A stretch of DNA of 64,000 nt, from positions 159,094 through 223,093 of the forward strand of contig JAHJDP010000032.1 in NCBI GenBank assembly GCA_018831195.1, given 5' to 3'. A program made the translations under genes and the position numbers. Shown piece by piece: positions 30,101-38,289 of the stretch. Below the pieces are notes generated by a model. The model searched no databases. It was not told the DNA's origin and saw nothing but the letters and a program-made list of their open reading frames with translations. How positions within the stretch are numbered: position 1 is the first letter of the stretch; every line of letters begins with the position of its first letter. This DNA is from Candidatus Eiseniibacteriota bacterium. Lineage in GTDB: Bacteria > Eisenbacteria > RBG-16-71-46 > CAIMUX01 > JAHJDP01.

Positions 30101-30720
30101 AGAAGACAACCTGGCCCGAACTTGACATTGAATGGGGTTCTCTCCACAAAAAAATCAAGTTTCTCGCCGATCACCTGCCGAAGACATTGAGGGCTTCAAC
30201 GAAATACAGAAAGGACCTGAGCGAATCGGGAACCGGAACTACGGGTAGGGATCGGATGGAGACGACCACAAACTGGTCTCCCCTTCTCAATCTCAGCACG
30301 ACACTGTCCAACGGTGTTCAGTTGCAATTCAATTCTTCAAAGCGCAATATCAAATCCGAGCAGTTCACTCCATACAAGACGGTTACAAATTCGAATTCCC
30401 GCCAATTTTCCCTGGATCTCAGTAAATCGATGAGGATTACCCGGGAGGTCAAAGTCCCACTTACAGGCAACGTGAAAAAGGTTCAATCAAAGCTGGACAT
30501 GACCCTGGGATTGGAGTTCCGTGAAGAGAAGAGTCAAACGGGAACCAATATCCTCAGGAATCTGGCATCGGCCGAGGTCAACACGCGTGGGAGTTATGAA
30601 TTTACAAAGAGCATTCGAGGAGAGGGTCGAATCTCAATCGGCAAAGATATCGACCGCAAGAGTGAGACGAATACCGCATGGAATGTCAGTGTCTTCCTTT
30701 CGGCTAGTTTTTCTTTCTAG
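24175..30720 (+). CDS. giant (2181 aa) outer-membrane protein, candidate SprA/Sov-like T9SS translocon-family protein
   Basis: A single ORF with an N-terminal signal or anchor (LVGIITGICLLIFFGL). Beta-rich composition with alternating Y/S/T/N, and a terminal aromatic residue (…SASFSF) typical of BAM substrates. Its length matches the SprA family (about 2200 to 2500 aa). That the CDS is real is certain; the family assignment comes from size and composition only. Confidence 0.55.
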   Translation: MTGSIHYKKWGRKAGLVGIITGICLLIFFGLSQGLPQEMIPAPDQLAPGVLSGDSTEVDTLEMSAEGEISSAQDTAEPDSLPAPITAAMDPLMGPPVALIPESADALPAPITAAMDSLMGPPAPMLPDSLPEITVTVAPKALPSPRAGTDVETIQAETFEGDSLKISPLWDFIPRWHPSDDLLFFRIYRTNRARAFILDTLGLYHEKFPVSDTTGFSIIFPEDMGIRDRERTTTQYAPDINNRTIVRYKLIRDVALGLRIQETYDQYLERLTRLTIHKIWREEVKKTLAEQADLGSKAGLVKIDLPVEVPSQLSPIFGKGKPNLSVRGSEKISIGGTSRWHPNRPVNEFQRRESKFPQLDMKQELNLRLSGNIGDKVSVDVDQNSAAVTPLENRIKIHYTGYEDEIIQRVDLGNTSLSLPGTRYVSYGGSHQGLFGINAQAKMGDVGLNMILSKQEGETASKTVTRSSEMTTILIKDLNYQGNQYFFFSDPNLNPTNIDANSVFVFVDDANGYNNTQTGAIHGFATLDGSYDPQNPTAGAVYEGDFDQLHLKDDFLLQTDLYFGHMVLILNQPLSTDDVLAVMYKTTSGFQVGGIDGDRLIAKMIRPSRSDSDYDLTDLTSGVWASTRHLEMKNIYWLGGRGILEESLEIKVRRELTSGQQIDPWKEGRFSYLQILGVDLLEQTGASSWEPSLEGDDIVDPQWIDPEGGFIIFPTLRPFDPSPADSLRMYGPGGIMASQGVNPDSIPILAPSVRNSDVYDAKAFDDDPLTHSKFYLDVTYRSPVTSLQIDAFNIIEGSEVITSGGRTLSRDRDYRIDYLTGDIEILPAANLSEDDEIKVNYSTIPFAGGADKSLFGFAAAYKPEGSPLALSSTWVFDSQGSQDRRPRLGQEPRRTAVGELAMSYQTSPWFLTSLIDALPGVDARARSSLSIDAGVGMSMPNPNTKNRLYLDDFDGTNETQDISVNRQAWRPSSIPQGVFGENETERAGKRGEIWFYSPLNVVHEGNLQPTLKETEADDSKTVLEMKIFPYGTSDEDRFTSWNGVTQAISRRDIDLSQAQFLDVWINDKHQYQEGVDPSTYRQGVLHLDFGIVSEDAVWKRRNPRSDDFIFANNPAEPPNLELDTEDKNLDGQLDQSSGEGEDTGLDGIPDGQAGDDPFDDWSFDKEDRQDDPWIYGHVNGTEKNGRLDTEDLNGNGLLNQSEAYFEFTIPLDDTTIVETDIYRDFGGGRWVDETNAWRRVRIPISAAADTIGSAAWNKIQHVRLWTEGFRDTTNWIQVGGIQMIGNRWLDDPILKADGDVVSDSFLNANNEAFFPGVLNNKENSDIYTPPFKVRVQNGVDEREQSLTLEMRNMPPGHSAQVYRTYARGQDFITYYETMEFYLNRRMEQESAEVDFYIRLAKDVISDTTNYYEYRIPVKRGWELITVPLADLSALKLVQDSTEYVERILPDGGIVSMKGKPTLTSVGRIAMGVRVQGDTMVEQGNVWVDELRLTGVRRDTGIAGRFSLSAKLSDVAEVNLNYERADADFLQVGSPKGSGFTRTLTGLNSRINMERFITWSRLVLPVSFGFQQDKRVPKYRVNSDIELRGQETDRDISESATRNFQMRISRVRTDNPLLKYTIDAMSGSYTYNWSGKSEPLSQDTTRSSQYSFSYAPQVSFRGLKVYKNTMFNPVPTSFGITSSYHKSESVRYQRINSDLAQDYERLDRQAKQKSAALSTSLGFKPIGPISYSLSSSRDLMVKEKMPILGLAWGRETSRKEQVSASTSVRFLSFLLGPKITPSVSFTGQSTLDLNRPGNAGDSLGVRINTLRNSRSTSLSVRFPIKELFARFSGGGSSKNSIQEGRDKGGGQDRNEEDDEETQVGDGGTTQTRQRKRSGPSPLARLLTVGNLNASYSKNLSTSYNRAQGIPDFIYRLGLTNDPGKSVKQLDGATSLTGDGDNLSLKTDFTFMKEVRVSTSYQRNNTDTRQIGGVSHSKKTTWPELDIEWGSLHKKIKFLADHLPKTLRASTKYRKDLSESGTGTTGRDRMETTTNWSPLLNLSTTLSNGVQLQFNSSKRNIKSEQFTPYKTVTNSNSRQFSLDLSKSMRITREVKVPLTGNVKKVQSKLDMTLGLEFREEKSQTGTNILRNLASAEVNTRGSYEFTKSIRGEGRISIGKDIDRKSETNTAWNVSVFLSASFSF
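24415..24540 (+). repeat. two tandem copies of a 78-bp unit encoding a 26-aa repeat inside the giant OMP gene
   Basis: ctcccggcgccgatcacggccgccatggac[c/t]ccctgatgggcccacc appears at 24415 and again at 24493 with one mismatch in the 47-nt core. Encodes LPAPITAAMD[PS]LMGPP twice. Confidence 0.8.
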
Positions 30721-31639
30721 ACTTCTCCCATCTCCGGTTCGAATCCAGCTGGCGATTCTTGGGTTGTCTCTTTTGGGCGGGATTTGTTCAACACAGGCCC
30801 AATCGCCCCCTTTCTCAGGTGATCTGGCACTGCTTTTTATTGAGGAACAGGTCGCCTTTGGACCCCGCGTGCCGGAATCGGACGCCCACCGGCGGACTCT
30901 GGATTGGATGGAGCGCAAACTCGACACAGGCGGAGGATTGTACTTTCGACAACAGTTTGTGGCTTCCAGGGGCGAGAGAGAGCCTCTTGAGTTGACGAAT
31001 GTCATAGCGCGATTCGGTCCCTTGCGGGATGGGGGGCTTCTCATCGGGGCCCATTGGGACAGCCGGCCTTGGGCCGATAGGGATCCCGATTCGACCCATC
31101 ACGAGACACCGGTGCCAGGGGCCAACGATGGAGCCTCTGGAACGGCGGTCCTCCTCGTCCTCGCCGATATCCTCGGGAGGTACCCGCCGCCCATCCCGGT
31201 CACACTCGTCTTTTTCGATGGGGAGGATCTGGGGAGACCGGGAGCCGAGGAGGATTGGCTCTTGGGATCGAAATATTTCGCGGCATACTGGCCCGTCGAC
31301 CGGCCCCAGGTCGCCTTGGTGATCGATATGGTCTGTCGTTCTGATCAACTCTATGACCGGGAGGGGATGTGTCAGGCCACCTCACCGGAAGTTTACGGGC
31401 TTCTGGAATCGATCGAAGAATCCTTGGGATATTTCCTGCTGAGCCGCCAGGTCCGCGACCCTATCACCGATGATCACTTGCCCCTCCTTCAGGCCGGGAT
31501 TCCCACCGGACTCCTAATCGGCTTGGAGGACCCTGATTGGCATACTCTGAACGATCTGCCCGGGAACTGTTCGGCAGAAGCCCTCCAACAAATGGGTTCC
31601 CTACTTGTAGAGATGGTCTATGGGAGCTATCTTCACTAG
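30683..31639 (+). CDS. M28-family metallopeptidase-like protein or glutaminyl-peptide cyclotransferase-like protein
   Basis: GAHWDSRPWAD…GANDGASGTAVLLVLADIL…VFFDGEDLG…DWHT are the M28/QC zinc-ligand pattern, and there is an N-terminal signal peptide. The ATG at 30683 overlaps the last 38 nt of the giant OMP gene; the start is uncertain. Confidence 0.6.
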   Translation: MSVSSFRLVFLSRLLPSPVRIQLAILGLSLLGGICSTQAQSPPFSGDLALLFIEEQVAFGPRVPESDAHRRTLDWMERKLDTGGGLYFRQQFVASRGEREPLELTNVIARFGPLRDGGLLIGAHWDSRPWADRDPDSTHHETPVPGANDGASGTAVLLVLADILGRYPPPIPVTLVFFDGEDLGRPGAEEDWLLGSKYFAAYWPVDRPQVALVIDMVCRSDQLYDREGMCQATSPEVYGLLESIEESLGYFLLSRQVRDPITDDHLPLLQAGIPTGLLIGLEDPDWHTLNDLPGNCSAEALQQMGSLLVEMVYGSYLH

Positions 31640-31698
31640 AGATTCTGCTCAGAAAAGCTGTTGTCCGTAAGATCTAACTGGGTGTAATCTTTGGGACG

Positions 31699-31722
31699 GG
31701 AGTGGACCGTTGTTGTCCACTC
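31699..31722 (+). terminator. hairpin between the QC-like gene and rimP
   Basis: GAGTGGAC-cgttgtt-GTCCACTC is a perfect 8-bp inverted repeat, followed by AGATTTGT. Confidence 0.25.
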
Positions 31723-31787
31723 AGATTTGTATGGGCCGGAGGCCGTCTCAGGAGCGGCAACGGGCCATAGAACGGGGAGGAAAAGGG

Positions 31788-32330
31788 GTGACAAGCCAGG
31801 AACTCGAACGGCTCGCCCGGCCTCTCCTCGAAGAGCTGGGCTTTGAATTGGTCCAAGCCACGGCCAGTCGCACCCGGTTTCGGCATTCTTTTCGCATTTA
31901 TGCGGATAAGGACGAGGGGATCGCGCTAAAGGATTGCGCCTTCTTGAGCCGGACAATTTCTCAGGTGCTGGACCAGGATCCGATATTGGCAGGGGCTTAT
32001 TCGATAGAGGTTTCTTCACCGGGAATGCAGCGTCCGGTGAGGACTCTCGAGCACTACCTGCGTTTTCGTGGTGAAAAAGTGCACATAATGCTGAAAAGCC
32101 CCAGGGATGGGGGGCGGCGCCGTTGGAAGGGTCAGATCATCGACGTTGAAGATCAGATGATTCGGATTTCTCTCGGAGATGACAAAGAGGAGCGTTTCCG
32201 ACTCGAGGAGATCCAGGAAGCACATTTGGAGCTGGATCCGTGGAAAAGAAAAGACCCCGAGGAAAACGTCGGGGTGAACGATACAGGTTTGACCCCTAAA
32301 AACGGAAATAAGAACGGAAAGGAGCGCTAA
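31788..32330 (+). CDS. rimP: ribosome maturation factor RimP
   Basis: LERLARPLLEELGFELV…YSIEVSSPGMQRPV is RimP-like. GTG at 31788 is 7 nt after a GGGGAGG Shine-Dalgarno. The longest ORF starts at a TTG at 31710. Confidence 0.8.
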   Translation: MTSQELERLARPLLEELGFELVQATASRTRFRHSFRIYADKDEGIALKDCAFLSRTISQVLDQDPILAGAYSIEVSSPGMQRPVRTLEHYLRFRGEKVHIMLKSPRDGGRRRWKGQIIDVEDQMIRISLGDDKEERFRLEEIQEAHLELDPWKRKDPEENVGVNDTGLTPKNGNKNGKER

Positions 32331-32338
32331 GCGCGGCC

Positions 32339-33871
32339 ATGAGTTCAGAGATGTTGGACGCCCTAGAGATCATCGCCAAAGAAAAGGGTGTGGACCGGGA
32401 TTATCTCCTGGAAACCCTACAGGAAGGTCTCCTCGGGGTAGCTGAAAAACGCTTCCGGAAAGCCGTTCATGTCGAAGTCGACGTCGATCCGATCACGGGC
32501 AGTATTCGGATTATCGTTCATAAGAGGGTGACGGAAGTGGCCCTGGATCTGACCTGCGAAATCGATCTTGAAGACGCACGAATGATTCGTTCGGGTGTCT
32601 CTGAGGGAGATGTTGTTCCGGTTGAAGTCTCCCTTGATGATTTTGGGCGCAATGCCGTTTCCGCCGTGAAACAAGCCCTGGTTCAGAGAGTCCGCGAAAA
32701 GGAAAGGGCTCTGGTTCACGACGAGTATTATGCGAAGATCGGCACCATTCTTTCGGGGACGGTCCAGCAGGTCGACCGCGGCAGTATCATTTTTAAAGTC
32801 GCCCGGACCGAGGGGATTGTTCCATCCGCAGAGAATATTCGCAGGGATCGTCCAAAGATCGGTGATCATCTGCGGGCCCTGCTCGTTGATGTGGACCGAA
32901 ATGCACGGGGGCCTCAACTCATCCTTTCACGGACGCGCCCCGAATTCGTCCTAAAACTCTTTGAGCAGGAGGTACCGGAGATATTCGAGCGGGTTGTGGA
33001 AATCCGCGGTATCGCCCGGGAACCCGGCTCCCGTACAAAGGTGGCGGTTGTCTCCCACGACGAACGGGTTGACCCCGTGGGAGCCTGCGTCGGCGTGAAA
33101 GGATCCCGCGTCCAAAACATTGTAAAAGAATTGGGCGGCGAAAGGGTTGATATCGTGCCCTACAGCAGCGATGCTGTGGTCTTCGTCAGCCGCGCCCTGA
33201 GTCCGGCGAGGGTGCTCGATGTTAAATGGGATGAAGAAACCAAGTGTGTTCGAGCGGTTATTCCGGATGACCAGCTGGCATTGGCCATGGGCCGGGGAGC
33301 ACAGAATGTTAAACTGGCTCACCAACTCACCGGTTTCACTATTCATTTGATTAGCCAGCGCCAGGCGGAAGCGATGCGGGATCGGTCGGGGCAGACCGAT
33401 ATCGATCTGGACCAGCTGACGAAGGAGCTGGGACCGAAACTCGTTGAGAAGCTGATACGCGAGGGCAAGGAAACTCTTCAGGACGTCATGGCGACACCGG
33501 TGGAAGAGTTCATGGAAATTCCGGGTATCGGTGAGAAAACGGCGCAGAAACTCCTTACCCTGGCGGCGCATCTGCTGGAAGAGAAGGCGCGTCAGCTCCA
33601 AGAAGAAGCAGAGGAAGAAGGGGCTGCCGATGACGGGGCTGATGTTGAAGAAGCGATGGAAGAGGTCGACCTGCCCGGCGCTCTGATTGTGGATCAGGCC
33701 GGTGTCACGCCGGTTTCGAGCAATGAGCTTGAGGAAGGCGACTTGTCAGGCGAAGTCCCCAAAGCTGGGGATTCGGATGATGATGTGGAAGATAGTGAGA
33801 CAGAGGGTGATGCCGAGGAGAATTCCGATGAACTAGATCAAGAGGATGAGGATTCACCCAAGACTGATTAG
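32339..33871 (+). CDS. nusA: transcription termination/antitermination factor NusA
   Basis: N-terminal domain, S1 domain, two KH domains, and an acidic C-terminal tail. Conserved rimP-nusA-infB order. Confidence 0.9.
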   Translation: MSSEMLDALEIIAKEKGVDRDYLLETLQEGLLGVAEKRFRKAVHVEVDVDPITGSIRIIVHKRVTEVALDLTCEIDLEDARMIRSGVSEGDVVPVEVSLDDFGRNAVSAVKQALVQRVREKERALVHDEYYAKIGTILSGTVQQVDRGSIIFKVARTEGIVPSAENIRRDRPKIGDHLRALLVDVDRNARGPQLILSRTRPEFVLKLFEQEVPEIFERVVEIRGIAREPGSRTKVAVVSHDERVDPVGACVGVKGSRVQNIVKELGGERVDIVPYSSDAVVFVSRALSPARVLDVKWDEETKCVRAVIPDDQLALAMGRGAQNVKLAHQLTGFTIHLISQRQAEAMRDRSGQTDIDLDQLTKELGPKLVEKLIREGKETLQDVMATPVEEFMEIPGIGEKTAQKLLTLAAHLLEEKARQLQEEAEEEGAADDGADVEEAMEEVDLPGALIVDQAGVTPVSSNELEEGDLSGEVPKAGDSDDDVEDSETEGDAEENSDELDQEDEDSPKTD

Positions 33872-33931
33872 GACTCTCCTTCTTCGAATTCAGTTTGTTG
33901 AGACGGATATCGGAAGGGGAACGGGGGTTTA

Positions 33932-36436
33932 GTGATTATTAAGAAGACACGTATCTTTCAGCTCGCACGGGAACTCAGGATTTCTAGCGAAGCCCTAATG
34001 CATATTATCGAATCGCTCAATCTTGGAGACGAGGTCAAGAGCCATATGGCATCCGTCGACGCGGATACCGTGGCGAAGATTAAGGATCATTTCCAGAACG
34101 AGAAGGCGGCGGTGAAGGAAGCTCAGCGCCGCAAGGTGCGTATCGGCGGCATCGGTGTCGTCTCCCCCGTGAAACCGGCGCCGAGAGCGGTTGCGCCGAC
34201 GCCGGCTCCCCCGGCGCCTCCCCAGGAAGTGGAGGTCAAAGCTCCGCCCCCGCCTTCAAAAGCATCGGTACCGCCGGTGAAGCATCCGGCGCCCCAGCAT
34301 GCCAAACAGGAACCCAGAACCAAAGTCCGTCCTACAACCCGGCCCAGAGCTCCCATGCCGCCGCCGACGGCGGTTCAACCGCCCACATCGGTGCAGCCCG
34401 CGGTCGCATCGGCGCCGAAGAGACCCAAGGCCAGGCCGGAACGCGAGGTCCGTCCGCCGATGGAACCTCGGCCGGTTCAAAGAGACATATCTGCAGGTGA
34501 GCACACCGGCCGTTCGGCTCCTGCTCCCGCTCGTGGGCGCGGTAAAAAGAAGAAAAAGAAGAAGGCGCAGGTCGATCAAGCGGCGGTCCGTCAGAGTGTG
34601 AAGAAGACCCTTGCCACGATGGATACCACGCGCAGACGAACCCGGAAACGCCGTCGGGATGATGGTGAGCCGGTTTTGGAAGAAGAAATTCTCATCATTC
34701 AGATTGAGGAATTTGCCACGGTTGCGGAACTGGCTGGAGCGATGGATGCCAGCCCGGCAGAGGTTATCGCCGCATGTCTACAGTTGGGGATCATCGCGAA
34801 TATCAATCGCCGTCTGGATAAGGACAGTATCGAGGCGATCGCTGATGAATTCGGATATCAGGTGAAATTTCACAACGAATTAGCTCAAAAGGAAGTGGAA
34901 AAGGAGGAAGTGGTCGATGTTCCTTGGAGCCCCCGCCCGCCGATCGTCACTGTTGTCGGGCACGTGGATCACGGGAAGACATCGCTTCTTGACTATATCC
35001 GAAAAACAAATGTGATCGCTCAGGAATCGGGTGCCATCACGCAGCACATCGGCGCATCGGATGTCCATTTGAAGCAAGGCCGTGTTGTCTTTTTGGATAC
35101 ACCGGGTCACGAGGCTTTTACGGCCATGCGGGCCCGCGGTGTTCAATTGACCGATATCGTCGTCCTTGTTGTCGCGGCCGACGATCGGGTTAATGAGCAA
35201 ACCATTGAAGCGATCAACCACGCCCGAGCCGCCAATGTGCCGATCGTTGTCGCCATAAATAAATGTGATCTGCCAAATGCCAATCCCGATAGGATCAAAA
35301 AGGAGTTGGCGGATCAGAATCTGCTTGTCGAGGAATGGGGTGGAAAAGTTGTCGCGGTGGAGATCTCGGCGAAGAAAGGTGACAACGTCGACAAGCTCAT
35401 GGAGATGATTCTTCTGGTTTCGGAACTCCTTGAATTGAAGGCGCAGCCGACGCGGAAGGCTAGGGGCGTTGTCATAGAAGCCAAGCGGGAAAGAGGGCGG
35501 GGTATCGTCGCGAGTATTCTGGTAGGAACAGGAACACTCCATGTCGGCGATCCCTTTGTCTGTGGATCGAACTCGGGCCGCGTGCGAGCGATGCATGATG
35601 ATCACGGCGAACGTGTCAACGATGTTCCACCGGCAACGCCTGTCGAAGTTTTAGGATGGTCCGATCTTCCTATGGCGGGAGATATCCTGTCCGTAACGGC
35701 AACCGATGACGAAGCGAGAAGTATTGCTTCACGCCGCAGCCAGATCCAACGCGAATACCAGATGCGCCAACGCCGTCCGACCCTGCTTTCATTGCAGGAG
35801 AAGATCCGGCAAGGTGAGATGGCCGAACTGAAGATCGTTCTCAAAGGCGATGTAGCGGGGTCGGTTGAGGTGCTGCGGGAGACACTGGAGCACCAATCCA
35901 CGGAAAAAGTCGCCCTGCGCATCGTCCATGCGGCTGTCGGCAGTATCAACGAATCGGATGTCAATCTGGCGCTGGCCTCTGAGGCGGTCATTATAGGATT
36001 CCAGGTGCGACCCGAACCCCGGGCCCGTTCATTGGCCGAGGAAAGCAAAATCGATATCCGTCTCTATTCTGTGATCCATGAGGTTATTGACGATATCCGT
36101 GACGCCATGGCCGGAAAACTGAAGCCGAAGCGGGTGGAAAAGATTCTTGGAGAGGCAGAAATCCGTGAGGTTTTCTATATCAGCAAATTCGGATATGTAG
36201 CGGGATCCTATGTCACAAGCGGTTCGGTCGCGCGGCAATCTCGGGCGCGTGTGCTTCGTGATTCGGAACAGGTATTTGATGGACGGATCAGAGCCCTGAA
36301 ACGGTTCAAGGAAGATGTCCGGGAGGTCACCACCGGTTACGAATGCGGAATTTCCCTCGAAGGATTTACCGATTTCAAAGAGAACGACAAGATACAAGTC
36401 TATGAAGTCGAAGAGGTGGCCGCAGAGCTTGAGTGA
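33932..36436 (+). CDS. infB: translation initiation factor IF-2
   Basis: [22 protein letters not shown] is the IF-2 N-terminal domain. Then a Pro/Ala-rich linker with a K8 run, a GTPase G domain ([23 protein letters not shown]), and a C-terminal beta-barrel. Confidence 0.9.
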   Translation: MIIKKTRIFQLARELRISSEALMHIIESLNLGDEVKSHMASVDADTVAKIKDHFQNEKAAVKEAQRRKVRIGGIGVVSPVKPAPRAVAPTPAPPAPPQEVEVKAPPPPSKASVPPVKHPAPQHAKQEPRTKVRPTTRPRAPMPPPTAVQPPTSVQPAVASAPKRPKARPEREVRPPMEPRPVQRDISAGEHTGRSAPAPARGRGKKKKKKKAQVDQAAVRQSVKKTLATMDTTRRRTRKRRRDDGEPVLEEEILIIQIEEFATVAELAGAMDASPAEVIAACLQLGIIANINRRLDKDSIEAIADEFGYQVKFHNELAQKEVEKEEVVDVPWSPRPPIVTVVGHVDHGKTSLLDYIRKTNVIAQESGAITQHIGASDVHLKQGRVVFLDTPGHEAFTAMRARGVQLTDIVVLVVAADDRVNEQTIEAINHARAANVPIVVAINKCDLPNANPDRIKKELADQNLLVEEWGGKVVAVEISAKKGDNVDKLMEMILLVSELLELKAQPTRKARGVVIEAKRERGRGIVASILVGTGTLHVGDPFVCGSNSGRVRAMHDDHGERVNDVPPATPVEVLGWSDLPMAGDILSVTATDDEARSIASRRSQIQREYQMRQRRPTLLSLQEKIRQGEMAELKIVLKGDVAGSVEVLRETLEHQSTEKVALRIVHAAVGSINESDVNLALASEAVIIGFQVRPEPRARSLAEESKIDIRLYSVIHEVIDDIRDAMAGKLKPKRVEKILGEAEIREVFYISKFGYVAGSYVTSGSVARQSRARVLRDSEQVFDGRIRALKRFKEDVREVTTGYECGISLEGFTDFKENDKIQVYEVEEVAAELE

Positions 36437-36471
36437 TGCGGTGAGTGCAGCGCTCAAGGGAACCTCAATAA

Positions 36472-36855
36472 ATGTTTGTCGCTCTATGCAGTATCGATCT
36501 GCTCATCCCGGCAAGCCGATCCCTTAAGGCGAAGCGATCCGTGCTTCAACGGATCAAGGGTCGGCTGATTCAGCGTTTTCAGGTGTCCGTCGCAGAGGTC
36601 GGTTTTCAGGATCGCCGGCAGCGGGGCCTGTTGGGCGCCGCTATTGTCGGGGAACGGCCTGGATATCTTCGCGATCGATTGCAGGCCTTGCGGAATGCGG
36701 TGGAACAGGAACATGAATGCCAAATCCTATCCTGGATAGAAGAGGTACAGCGGTTTGACCCGGATGGGTTTGGTTTGGTTTCCGGTGTAGCGGATGAGGA
36801 TGACATTGCCAATGATTTTGAAGTCGATATGCCGGAAGAGGATGAATTCGAATAG
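36472..36855 (+). CDS. DUF503 (YlxP-like) protein
   Basis: 127 aa in the conserved position between infB and rbfA. MFVALCSIDLLIPASRSLKAKRSVLQRIKGRL is typical of DUF503. Confidence 0.7.
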   Translation: MFVALCSIDLLIPASRSLKAKRSVLQRIKGRLIQRFQVSVAEVGFQDRRQRGLLGAAIVGERPGYLRDRLQALRNAVEQEHECQILSWIEEVQRFDPDGFGLVSGVADEDDIANDFEVDMPEEDEFE

Positions 36856-36873
36856 GCGTTGCCGGGAGCGGAT

Positions 36874-37260
36874 ATGAGCAACATCCGCAGAGAAAGATTA
36901 CAAGGGCAGCTGATTCGTGAAATCAGCGATATTATACAAAACAAGCTTAGAGATCCCCGGCGCGGTTGGATGAACGTCACAAGTGTGGAGATGAGCATCG
37001 ATCTCCGGTACGCAAAAGTCTTCGTCAGTTTTCTGGGTGGGGAAGATCAAGTCGACCAGGGCCTCAAGGTGCTTCGAGGCGCGGCATCCTACATGCGGGT
37101 CGAACTCGCCCGCCGCTTGCGGGTCCGGCATTGCCCCGAATTGAATTTTCAAGTCGATCGCGGGCTGGAGATAAGTCAAAAGGTATTTGACATTCTTGAT
37201 TCGCTGGACATTCCCGAAGCTGATGAATCGAATGGTGAGGACCTGGAGGAAGGATTGTGA
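36874..37260 (+). CDS. rbfA: ribosome-binding factor A
   Basis: MSNIRRERLQGQLIREISDIIQ…VTSVEMSIDLRYAKVFVS… is RbfA-like. ATG 5 nt after a GGGAG Shine-Dalgarno. Confidence 0.85.
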   Translation: MSNIRRERLQGQLIREISDIIQNKLRDPRRGWMNVTSVEMSIDLRYAKVFVSFLGGEDQVDQGLKVLRGAASYMRVELARRLRVRHCPELNFQVDRGLEISQKVFDILDSLDIPEADESNGEDLEEGL

Positions 37261-38258
37261 ATAGTATCCGTTCCAGCGGATATAGAATGGTTCGCCGTAC
37301 GACACGCCGCCGCCAAGAGAGGGCCGACGGCGAGGTCGGATATGTGCTGCCTGTCATGAAGCATTCCGGGTGTACAAGCCATGATGTGGTCGCCCAACTG
37401 AGACAACTGCTGGGGATCCGTAAGATCGGCCATAGCGGCACACTGGATCCGTTTGCGACCGGACTCCTGGTCTGTTGCGTCGGGCGCGCGACGAAACTCA
37501 GCAATTATCTCATGGATCTCGACAAGACCTACGAGGGAGATCTAAAACTTGGCGTGCGGACACATACCGGCGATCGAACCGGCGATGTGATAGCTGAAGC
37601 CGTTGTTCCGCATGTGACCATCGAACAATGCCGGGAGGCCGCCGGCCGGTTTGAAGGGGAACAATTACAAATCCCCCCCATGATGTCCGCGCTTAAATAC
37701 AAGGGGCGGCGTCTGTATGAATTGGCGCGAGAGGGCATGGAAGTTGAACGAACGCCAAGAAAAGTAAAGGTCCACGAGTTTCACATCCTCGAGATTCTGG
37801 ATCATCTTATCCGATTCAGAGTCCGCTGCGGCCGGGGCACCTATGTCAGGACTCTCGTTGAGGATTTCGGCCGGGCCTTGGGAACAGAGGCGACGGTGGA
37901 GGAGCTCGCACGAACGGCTATTGGAGGCTTCACACTGGAGGGAGCCTGTGATCAGGCTGAGATCCGCGCCGGCGATTTGGATGCTGTCGGCAAGATGCGG
38001 GTAGAGATGGCGGAGGCGCTCGGCCATCTTCGTCATCTGACACTGACCGGATTGTGGATCCGCCGGGTTCGGCAGGGGACGCCACCGCCCTTATCTGTTT
38101 TCGAGCTCAACGGCGATCCCCCTAAGCCGGGAGAGGTTCTCAGGCTCCTGGGGACCGAGGGGAGCCTCGTCGCTCTGGGAAGAATAGAGCCGACGCTGGG
38201 TCCCGCCGATCGGCCTTGGCATGAGTCGGGACGGATGGTTATCGAAAGGGTCTTGTAA
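37257..38258 (+). CDS. truB: tRNA pseudouridine(55) synthase
   Basis: GCTSHDVV…GHSGTLDPFATGLL…YKGRRLYELAREG are TruB motifs. GTG start overlaps the rbfA stop as GTGA; an alternative ATG lies at 37287. Confidence 0.85.
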   Translation: MNSIRSSGYRMVRRTTRRRQERADGEVGYVLPVMKHSGCTSHDVVAQLRQLLGIRKIGHSGTLDPFATGLLVCCVGRATKLSNYLMDLDKTYEGDLKLGVRTHTGDRTGDVIAEAVVPHVTIEQCREAAGRFEGEQLQIPPMMSALKYKGRRLYELAREGMEVERTPRKVKVHEFHILEILDHLIRFRVRCGRGTYVRTLVEDFGRALGTEATVEELARTAIGGFTLEGACDQAEIRAGDLDAVGKMRVEMAEALGHLRHLTLTGLWIRRVRQGTPPPLSVFELNGDPPKPGEVLRLLGTEGSLVALGRIEPTLGPADRPWHESGRMVIERVL

Positions 38259-38289
38259 ATCTTTCGCCGGATCTTGGGGAGAGGGATCG

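Noticed and set aside
30521-30682. Upstream extension of the QC-like ORF into the 3' end of the giant OMP gene
   Set aside because: The extension lies entirely within the coding frame of the upstream gene and has no signal-peptide logic. The ATG at 30683 gives a signal-peptide-like N-terminus.
38221-38289. Longer N-terminal extension of ribF (start at 38221), and similar longest-ORF extensions for efp (17654), the M16 peptidase (41807), the GT39 (55475) and fabG (5352)
   Set aside because: The extensions overlap upstream genes and lack family homology. Internal ATG or GTG codons with Shine-Dalgarno sequences give the conserved N-termini.
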